DNA of 64,000 nt, taken from the NCBI GenBank assembly GCA_947254375.1, contig CAMYCF010000001.1, positions 134,024-198,023 on the forward strand, written 5' to 3'. The notes under the pieces were generated by a model. That model saw only the letters and a program-made list of their open reading frames with translations, ran no database searches and had not been told where the DNA came from. The translations under genes were made by a program, and so were the position numbers. This DNA is from an uncultured Mobilibacterium sp. Lineage in GTDB: Bacteria > Bacillota > Clostridia > Peptostreptococcales > Anaerovoracaceae. Positions 57,219 to 64,000 of the stretch are shown piece after piece (position 1 is the stretch's first letter; every line of letters begins with the position of its first letter).

Positions 57219-58829
57219 CTATGCGTTTTCGCGGGCGTGTTTCCCGCCGTTTTTAGGGAAGCGGCATCTGAACGTCGTGCCCTCTCCCTCTTTGCTCTCT
57301 ACGCTTATGCTCCCTTCGTGATGCTCGGCGATATGTTTTACTATCGAAAGCCCGAGTCCGGTGCCGCCCGTTTTTTTCGAGCGCGATTTATCGACGCGGT
57401 AAAATCTTTCGAAGATATGCGGTATGCTTTCCTGCGGTATCCCGATGCCGTCGTCGCTTACCGTCACGATCGCGTCGTCTCCGTCTTCTCCGATCCCGAC
57501 TCTGACGCTGCCGCCTTCCGAGTTGTACTTTATACCGTTGTCGATGAGGTTGTAGATCAGCTCGTCTATCATCATCTCTCCTGCGGTCACTTCAACTTCC
57601 GTGTTCCCTCTGAGGCCGACGGATACTCCCTTTTCTTTCGCCTTGTCGCTCAGCGTGCGAACCACGGTGTCGGCGAGGTCATAGAGGTTGAATCTCGTGA
57701 AGTTGCGATCCGCCTTTTTCTCGTCGAATTCCGACAGCTCTATTATGTCCTCGATGAGGCCGATCAGCCTGCGGCTCTGGACGTTGATCCGGTCTGCGAA
57801 AAAACGGAGGTCTTCGCCTTTTACCGTGCCGTTCGCCATCATTTCGGATGTCGCTGCTATCACCGTCAGCGGCGTCTTAAGCTCGTGAGAAACATTTGCC
57901 GAGAATTCCTGCCTCTGCATCTGAGCATATCTGTTCTCCGTCATGCCGATCAGGAAGATCAGTGCGCCCTGGACCTCGCCGTCCTTTTTTACCGGGTTGA
58001 GAAGGACCTCGTAATAGTCGTTGCCGGCTTTTATCGCAAAGCGCTCCTCTTTGCCCTCGAGACACGAATGCACTTTTTCGATAAAATTTATGTCCCTGTA
58101 GACTTCGATCATTTTACGGCCGGTCATGTCGCCGCTGCCCAGGATGTTCTCGGCGCTCCTGTTAAAAGTCAGGATCTCGCCCGCAACGTTCGTTATTATA
58201 AGGCCTTCGCGCATGTTTGTCGCGATCGTCTCGATCGTTTCGGAGCGCTCCTGTATCTCGGCGATCCTGTTCTTGATCTCGGTCTGCTGATTTTTCATCT
58301 TCCTCACGAACGGGAGGAGCTCATCATACCCGTTCACATCCGGATCTTCCACGTCCATGCTGTTGATCGGGGCGACGATCCTGTTCGTCAGCTTCTTCGC
58401 GGCGATAAAGGCTATTATTACCGATATAGCGAGGCAGAGGAGGAAAAGCGGCAGGAAGTTGTGGAGGAACATCGCGAGGCTCTTTGAAGTCATCGCGAGC
58501 CTGAGCACCCTTCCGTCGTTAAGACGGACGGCGTAGTAGTACGAATCCTCTCTAAGCGTGCCCGAAAGGCGTTTGTCGTCTCCCGCACCCGTCTTTAAGG
58601 CCTGTTCGACCTCCGGCCTCTTGCCGTGGTTCTCCATTTTGTCGATGTCGGCGAAGTTATCGAAGATCACCGTCCCGTCCGTGTCGATGATCGACACCCT
58701 GACGTTCTTGAGCGTGTTCTCCGTCTGCGCCCTGTACTGCTTCGCGAACACGCCTCCCCAAAGTATCGAGAAGACGAGCACCGTCAGCAGTATGATGATA
58801 CTCATGTATTTGAAGATTTTTTTATTCAT
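57219..58829 (-). CDS. Sensor histidine kinase, PhoR-like (TM-PAS-HisKA-HATPase).
   Basis: H-box SHELKTPLT. N, G1 (DDGIGIP) and G2 (GGTGLGLSIV) boxes. Sits in the pst-phoU operon. Confidence 0.9.
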   Translation of the reverse strand: MNKKIFKYMSIIILLTVLVFSILWGGVFAKQYRAQTENTLKNVRVSIIDTDGTVIFDNFADIDKMENHGKRPEVEQALKTGAGDDKRLSGTLREDSYYYAVRLNDGRVLRLAMTSKSLAMFLHNFLPLFLLCLAISVIIAFIAAKKLTNRIVAPINSMDVEDPDVNGYDELLPFVRKMKNQQTEIKNRIAEIQERSETIETIATNMREGLIITNVAGEILTFNRSAENILGSGDMTGRKMIEVYRDINFIEKVHSCLEGKEERFAIKAGNDYYEVLLNPVKKDGEVQGALIFLIGMTENRYAQMQRQEFSANVSHELKTPLTVIAATSEMMANGTVKGEDLRFFADRINVQSRRLIGLIEDIIELSEFDEKKADRNFTRFNLYDLADTVVRTLSDKAKEKGVSVGLRGNTEVEVTAGEMMIDELIYNLIDNGIKYNSEGGSVRVGIGEDGDDAIVTVSDDGIGIPQESIPHIFERFYRVDKSRSKKTGGTGLGLSIVKHIAEHHEGSISVESKEGEGTTFRCRFPKNGGKHARENA

Positions 58830-58831
58830 CC

Positions 58832-59530
58832 TCAGTCTCCGATCTTATAACCCACGTTCCTGACGGTTTTTATGTATTCACCGGCAGGTCCGAGTTTCTT
58901 TCTCAATGTCTTGATGTGCATGTCGACGGTCCTGCTCTCCGCGATGTAGTCGTATCCCCAGACGGCATCCATGAGTTTGTCCCTGCTGAGCACGATCTCG
59001 GCGTTGAGGAGAAGGTAGCGAAGCAGCTCGAATTCCATGAATGTGAGGGCTTTGCCTTCGCCGGAGACGGTGACCGTCCTCTTCTTCGTGTCCATGACGA
59101 GATCTTTGCAGCTGAGGATCTCCGCCTCTTCGGACGAGGTGCGGCGGAGGACGGCGTTGATCCTCGCGATCAGCTCCGTTACGCCGAAAGGCTTCGTCAC
59201 GTAATCGTCGGCGCCGAAGTTGAGGCCTTTTACCTTATCGGATTCGTTCCCTTTTGCCGTGAGCATTATAACGGGCACATCTTCCAGCTTTCTGTTCGCT
59301 CTGATTTTTTTGAGGATCGCAAAACCGTCTTCGCCCGGAAGCATTATATCCAAAAGCACGAGGTCGGGACGTATATCGCCGGCCGTTATCTCCGAAAAAA
59401 AGCCCGCTCCGTCTTCATATCCCCTGCAGGTAAAACCGGCGCTCTCGAGCGCGTATGCGGTGAGATCCCTTATATCTTCGTCGTCTTCAACGATAAAAAT
59501 CATTTTTTTGTCGCTGTTCTTGGTAATCAA
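58832..59530 (-). CDS. OmpR-family response regulator, PhoP/PhoB-like.
   Basis: Receiver domain (DLVLLDIMLPGEDG) followed by winged-helix domain (RTVDMHIKTLRKKL...GYKI). Confidence 0.9.
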   Translation of the reverse strand: MITKNSDKKMIFIVEDDEDIRDLTAYALESAGFTCRGYEDGAGFFSEITAGDIRPDLVLLDIMLPGEDGFAILKKIRANRKLEDVPVIMLTAKGNESDKVKGLNFGADDYVTKPFGVTELIARINAVLRRTSSEEAEILSCKDLVMDTKKRTVTVSGEGKALTFMEFELLRYLLLNAEIVLSRDKLMDAVWGYDYIAESRTVDMHIKTLRKKLGPAGEYIKTVRNVGYKIGD

Positions 59531-60192
59531 TTTTCATACTCCTTATAAACATCCCTGTTTCCCGTAATGGAGAATACGACCCAGCCCGCGATGTTTACGG
59601 CGTGATCTCCGATCCTCTCTAGGTATTTCGCGATCATCATTAGGTCGAGTGCCGTCTCCGCGGAGTTCTCCGTATCTTCCATGATCAATTCTACCAAATC
59701 CGAGCGTACTTTGTTAAACAAATTATCGACTTCGTCGTCATCGTCGATGACTTTGTGTGCTGCGACGAGGTCGGTGTTGACGAAGGCGTCGACGCTGTCC
59801 GTCACCATCTTCGATGCGGCCGTCGCCATGCGAAGGATGTCTTCGACGGTGCGGAATTCCGGTTTTTTGACCGTGCTGATAACGATCTCAGCAATGTCTG
59901 CTGCCTGATCGCCGATACGTTCCATGTCGGTGATCATCTTGAGAGCCGCCGATATCAGGCGCAGGTCTTTTGCGACCGGTTGCTGCTTCAGTAGAAGGCT
60001 GAGACAAAGGCGCTCTATCTCTCTTTCCTTTCTGTCGATGACCGCGTCGTACTCGACCGCCATCGTCGCCTTTTCGACGTCTTTTACGATGAGGGCCTCT
60101 ATCGCGAGCCCTATCGCCTCTTCTATCTCGGCGCCCATCTCGATGAGCTGCTCGTGTAAAGCCTCGAGTTCATAGTCGAACCTGTTCCTCAT
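59527..60192 (-). CDS. phoU: Phosphate signalling complex protein PhoU.
   Basis: Two PhoU repeats with E/DxxxD motifs. 221 aa. Confidence 0.9.
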   Translation of the reverse strand: MRNRFDYELEALHEQLIEMGAEIEEAIGLAIEALIVKDVEKATMAVEYDAVIDRKEREIERLCLSLLLKQQPVAKDLRLISAALKMITDMERIGDQAADIAEIVISTVKKPEFRTVEDILRMATAASKMVTDSVDAFVNTDLVAAHKVIDDDDEVDNLFNKVRSDLVELIMEDTENSAETALDLMMIAKYLERIGDHAVNIAGWVVFSITGNRDVYKEYEN

Positions 60193-60193
60193 T

Positions 60194-60946
60194 TTAACCG
60201 AACCTCCCCGTTATATAATCTTCGCAGCGCTTATCTTTAGGTACGGAGAACACCTGCTCCGTCTTTCCGTACTCGACGAGTTCCCCGAGAAGGAAAAACG
60301 CCGTGTTGTCGGATATCCTCGTCGCCTGCTGCATGTTATGCGTAACTATGACTACAGTATAGTCTTTCTTGAGCTCAAGGACCAAGTCCTCGATCTTCGA
60401 TGTCGATATCGGGTCGAGTGCGGAAGTCGGCTCGTCCATAAGGATGACCTCCGGCTGAACGGCCAGGGCCCTCGCGATGCAGATCCTCTGCTGCTGTCCT
60501 CCCGAAAGCGACAGGGCGTTCTTCTTGAGCCTGTCTTTTACCTCGTCGAATATCGCCGCGTCTATGAGCGCCTTTTCGACGATCTCATCGAGTTCCGTGT
60601 GTGATTTTATCCCGTGTGTCCTCGGTCCGAAAGCGATATTGTCGTATATGCTCATCGGGAACGGATTCGGTTTTTGGAAAACCATACCCACCCTTTTTCT
60701 GAGCTCCGTGACATCGTCTATCTTGAAAATATTTTCACCGTCAAGATATATCTCCCCGTCTATATGACAACCTTCGACGAGGTCGTTCATCCTGTTCAGC
60801 GTCTTTAAAAGCGTGGATTTCCCGCATCCCGAAGGTCCGATAAAAGCCGTTATCTCTTTTTCCGGGATCTCCATCGAAATCGAGTGGAGCGCCTTAAAAT
60901 CACCGTACCGGAGCTCGACGTTATGCAAACTTAATTTCTCCATCAC
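60194..60946 (-). CDS. pstB: Phosphate ABC transporter ATP-binding protein.
   Basis: [34 protein letters not shown]. Confidence 0.9.
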   Translation of the reverse strand: MMEKLSLHNVELRYGDFKALHSISMEIPEKEITAFIGPSGCGKSTLLKTLNRMNDLVEGCHIDGEIYLDGENIFKIDDVTELRKRVGMVFQKPNPFPMSIYDNIAFGPRTHGIKSHTELDEIVEKALIDAAIFDEVKDRLKKNALSLSGGQQQRICIARALAVQPEVILMDEPTSALDPISTSKIEDLVLELKKDYTVVIVTHNMQQATRISDNTAFFLLGELVEYGKTEQVFSVPKDKRCEDYITGRFG

Positions 60947-61770
60947 TTCACCTCCTTGGTAATTTTTTTAGCGATCGCGCCCGAGAGCGCATTTATCCCG
61001 ACTACTACGATCAGCAGGATAACGGATGTCGCATACGCCTGATCGGTATGCAGTCCCTCGCACGAAAGAGCGTACATGTGTACCGACAGAGTTCTTCCCG
61101 ATGCCATTACGCTGCTCGGCACCTGCGCGACTGTTCCGGATGTATATATGAGTGCCGCTGTCTCTCCGACGATCCTTCCTACGGCGAGTATTATACCGGC
61201 GAGGATCCCCGGGAAAGCGGCCGGAAGAACTATCCTGAAAACGGTCCTGAGCCGTCCCGCTCCGAGTCCGAATGCTCCCTCTCTGAAGGAGTCGGGCACG
61301 GCCTTCAGGCTTTCTTCGGTCGTCCTCATGATCAGAGGAAGTACCATTATAGCCAGGGTAAAAGTACCGGCGAGGAGCGAGAATCCCCACCCGAGCCACG
61401 TTACGAAGAACAGGAGTCCGAACAGACCGTAGACTATGGACGGTATCCCCGAAAGCGTCTCCGCCGTTATCCTGACGAGTTTTACGAGCTTGTTTCCGCG
61501 CCCCGCGTATTCGACGAGATATATCGCGGTGAAGATCCCGATAGGCACCGATATGAGCAATGCCAGCGCGACCGTCATGAGCGTCGTTATGAGAGCCGGC
61601 ATGAGCGAAACGTTCTCCGAAGTATATTTCCATTCGAAAAGCGACGGCTTAAGGAACATCACTCCGTTTATAAAAATGTGGGCAAGAAGGAAAATGAGCG
61701 CCCCGAATGTCAGTATCGCCGCGACCCAGGTAAAAGTTTTTATCACAGCGTCATAAGCTTTATTGCTCAT
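60943..61770 (-). CDS. pstA: Phosphate ABC transporter permease PstA.
   Basis: 6 TM, EAA-like loop. Positioned between pstC and pstB. Confidence 0.85.
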   Translation of the reverse strand: MSNKAYDAVIKTFTWVAAILTFGALIFLLAHIFINGVMFLKPSLFEWKYTSENVSLMPALITTLMTVALALLISVPIGIFTAIYLVEYAGRGNKLVKLVRITAETLSGIPSIVYGLFGLLFFVTWLGWGFSLLAGTFTLAIMVLPLIMRTTEESLKAVPDSFREGAFGLGAGRLRTVFRIVLPAAFPGILAGIILAVGRIVGETAALIYTSGTVAQVPSSVMASGRTLSVHMYALSCEGLHTDQAYATSVILLIVVVGINALSGAIAKKITKEVK

Positions 61771-62630
61771 TTTGCACTCTCCTTCCTAAGCGCGGAGAAG
61801 CACAGGTTTATGATCAGTATGAAAATGAACAGAACTACACCCGTTGCAATGAGCGCTTCCCTGTGAAGTCCGGTGGCGTATCCCATTTCGAGGACGATGT
61901 TCGCCGTGAGCGTCCTCACCCCTTCGAGCACTCCTCCGGCCATCCTCGCCTGGTTTCCGGCTACCATGATGACGGCCATAGTTTCTCCTATCGCCCTTCC
62001 GACTCCAAGTACGACGCCAGCCAGTATTCCCGATTTCGCCGCAGGAAGTATGACCTTCATTACGGATCTTTCGTGGCTCGCGCCGAGGGCGAGCGCACCG
62101 TCGTACAGCTCGTCCGGGACCGCCCTTATCGACGTTTCCGTTATGGCTATTATCGTCGGCAGTATCATCAGTCCGAGCAGGATCGATGCCGTAAGGATGC
62201 TGCTGCCGTTTCCTCCGAAGGTATTCCTGACGAACGGCACGAGCACGACCATTCCGAAGAAGCCGTATACTACCGACGGTATCCCCGCGAGGAGATCGAC
62301 CGCAGGCTTAAGAAAAACGTATATGTTCTTCGGACAGATCTTCGCCATAAAAACGGCCGTAAGTATCCCGATCGGCACGCCGAGGATGACAGCTCCCGCC
62401 GTTACGTATATGGACCCCATTATCATCGGGAATATCCCGAACTTTGCAGGCACGTTGTTCGGCGCCCACTCTCTGCCTCCGAGAAAATCGAAGACCCCTA
62501 TCTTCCCCATCGCCGGGAACCCGTGCATGAAGAGGAATAGGCAAATCAGCGCCACCGACAGGATGCCGGTCAGCGCTGATACCATAAATACGGTCTTCAT
62601 CAATTTCTCTCTTTTTTGTCTTTTGTTCAT
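61767..62630 (-). CDS. pstC: Phosphate ABC transporter permease PstC.
   Basis: 6 TM permease. 4-nt overlaps with neighbouring genes. Confidence 0.85.
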   Translation of the reverse strand: MNKRQKREKLMKTVFMVSALTGILSVALICLFLFMHGFPAMGKIGVFDFLGGREWAPNNVPAKFGIFPMIMGSIYVTAGAVILGVPIGILTAVFMAKICPKNIYVFLKPAVDLLAGIPSVVYGFFGMVVLVPFVRNTFGGNGSSILTASILLGLMILPTIIAITETSIRAVPDELYDGALALGASHERSVMKVILPAAKSGILAGVVLGVGRAIGETMAVIMVAGNQARMAGGVLEGVRTLTANIVLEMGYATGLHREALIATGVVLFIFILIINLCFSALRKESAK

Positions 62631-62673
62631 GTCTTAATGTTTCCCGTATCCGTTTATTCGATTTTTTACGAAA

Positions 62674-63558
62674 CTATTTAACGTCTTCCCAAGTTTTTAC
62701 CGCTCCCGTGTAGATCTGCTTAAGCATATCGATCGAGATGTCTTTTATCGGGTTGTCCTTGTTTACGATGATAGCGATACCGTCAAGAGCGATAGGCGTA
62801 GCTTTGAGCTGGCTCTTCTCTTCGTCTTTGAGGTCTCTCGATGCCATACCGATGTCGCATGTTCCGTCCATCGCAGCCATCATTCCCGCAGTCGAATCGC
62901 TCATCTGGATCTCGATCTCAGCGTTAGGATTTACCTTGAGATATGCTTCTTTCAGCTTCTCCATAGTAGGCGTTACCGAAGATGATCCCGCTACCGTGAT
63001 CTTTCCGGAAGGCTTCGTCGTCTTGAATTCCGGCGCCTTGTCGTCGATAGTGATGCAAGTCTCGGAAACTACCTTCTGTCCGTCCTTCGAGAGTATGAAG
63101 TTGATGAAGTCCTGAGAAACTTCGTTAGGATCTCCCTTAGTCGCGATGTTGAAAGGTCTTGCAAGTTTATAGTCACCCTTTTTAACGTTTTCGGCAGTTG
63201 CTTCAACGCCGTTTACCTTGATCGCTTTTACCTTGTCGTTGAGCGAACCGAGCGAGATGTATCCGATAGCGTTTCCGTCGTTTTCAACATTCGTCATAGC
63301 GACATCCGTCTTGTTTGCGATTACAGCATCCGCAGTCGTCTTGTCGGTCTTGTTTCCGGCCGCATCCTTCTCCTCAACTCCGGTCAGCTCGATGAACGCT
63401 CCGCGCGTTCCGCTTCCGTCTTCCCTCGATACGACAGTAATGTCTCCTTTTCCGGCGTTTGACGCCGTTGCTCCGCATCCTACCATGGCGAATCCCGCAA
63501 GTATCATCATGCAGACAGCAAGTACACGTTTACCGTTTTTCTTCATGTCTTCCTCCAA
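62674..63558 (-). CDS. pstS: Phosphate-binding lipoprotein PstS.
   Basis: Lipobox LAGFAMVGC. PBP-like fold sequence. Confidence 0.85.
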   Translation of the reverse strand: MEEDMKKNGKRVLAVCMMILAGFAMVGCGATASNAGKGDITVVSREDGSGTRGAFIELTGVEEKDAAGNKTDKTTADAVIANKTDVAMTNVENDGNAIGYISLGSLNDKVKAIKVNGVEATAENVKKGDYKLARPFNIATKGDPNEVSQDFINFILSKDGQKVVSETCITIDDKAPEFKTTKPSGKITVAGSSSVTPTMEKLKEAYLKVNPNAEIEIQMSDSTAGMMAAMDGTCDIGMASRDLKDEEKSQLKATPIALDGIAIIVNKDNPIKDISIDMLKQIYTGAVKTWEDVK

Positions 63559-63599
63559 TTCAGTTATTTGATTTATTCGGCACCGTCATATTAAAGTAG

Positions 63600-63646
63600 G
63601 GCTGTAAAAATCAAATGTTTGGATATGTAAAAATCGCGTAAAATCG
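63600..63646 (-). promoter_or_regulatory. Candidate Pho-box: TTTTACA-type direct repeats with ~11-nt periodicity upstream of pstS.
   Basis: Minus strand reads ATTTTACGCGATTTTTACATATCC...TTTTTACAGC. Confidence 0.35.
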
Positions 63647-63656
63647 CAGCACATAA

Positions 63657-63695
63657 TAAAAAAGCCTTAAAATCGCGTGATTTCAGGCTTTTGAG
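63657..63695 (-). terminator. Rho-independent terminator of nth.
   Basis: AAGCCTGAAATCACGCGATTTTAAGGCTT + TTTTTT on the minus strand. Confidence 0.6.
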
Positions 63696-63724
63696 ATTTC
63701 CCCGCATCGGTAAAAATTTCTCTT

Positions 63725-64000
63725 TTACTTGTTTTTATTTTTCCAGGCCGTCTTATTGTACAGACAAATGTCCCCCAAAACGCACCTTTCGCACTCCGGT
63801 TTTCTGGCGATACAGCACCGCCTTCCGTGGAAGATGAGAAGATGATGCGCCCTCGTCCACCTGTCCTCCGGCAGGATCTTCATCAGCGCCTCCTCCGTTT
63901 TGAGAGGATCGGGTGCCGCGGCGAGCCCTATCCTGTTCGACACGCGAAATACGTGCGTATCGACGGCGATCTTCTGCGCGCCGAAAGCTTCCGCCATGAC
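63725..64000 (-). CDS. nth: Endonuclease III. Only the C-terminal ~90 aa are in the window; the N-terminus lies outside it.
   Basis: [4Fe-4S] motif CCIARKPECERCVLGDIC and FGAQKIAVDTHVFRVSNRIGL helix-hairpin-helix region. Confidence 0.8.
   Translation of the reverse strand, partial: VMAEAFGAQKIAVDTHVFRVSNRIGLAAAPDPLKTEEALMKILPEDRWTRAHHLLIFHGRRCCIARKPECERCVLGDICLYNKTAWKNKNK

Noticed and set aside
1-64000. Mobile elements, prophage, CRISPR arrays, defence islands, tRNA or rRNA genes.
   Set aside because: I found none of the expected markers: integrase, transposase, reverse transcriptase, Cas, restriction or helicase-nuclease genes. I found no repeat-spacer arrays and no tRNA-like GTTCGAATCC or TTCGAGTC T-arm motifs. 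The direct repeats found are short and local.

Overview
This 64 kb window is a chromosomal segment from a moderately high-GC, low-GC-Gram-positive-type anaerobe. It looks clostridial: the gene order dgt-dnaG-sigA-trmK, the gap-pgk-tpiA-secG run, ECF transporters, choline-binding-type repeats and a type A RNase P RNA all fit. About 55 genes are present, nearly all on the minus strand and densely packed. Most are core housekeeping. They include a YebC regulator, RNase P RNA, the dnaG/sigA cluster with dut and an M16 peptidase, pepF, nadK, rluA-family, msrAB, thiN, and a TPP riboswitch followed by thiT. Also present are pheST, an H+/Na+-translocating pyrophosphatase, the glycolytic genes with secG, trmL, mgtE, and a complete pstSCAB-phoU-RR-HK phosphate module ending in a partial nth. 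Four regions stand out from this core. (1) Three large cell-surface protein loci; two are split by frameshifts, one of them at a G6 homopolymer. (2) A 1455-aa protein that fuses two BadF/BadG/BcrA/BcrD-type activase domains to an HgdB-like domain, resembling the PlsA plasmalogen-synthase family. (3) A TetR - ECF transporter (T, fused A/A', Trep_Strep/MptD-type S) - heterodimeric ABC exporter operon. (4) A TetR - small helical Cys protein - SDR - radical SAM/SPASM cluster. There are further small RNA and DNA oddities, including tandem hairpin repeats upstream of trmK and a structured mgtE leader carrying a 28-codon uORF. I found no mobile elements, CRISPR arrays, tRNAs or rRNAs. Many long plus-strand ORFs in the supplied track are antisense artefacts of GC-rich minus-strand genes.
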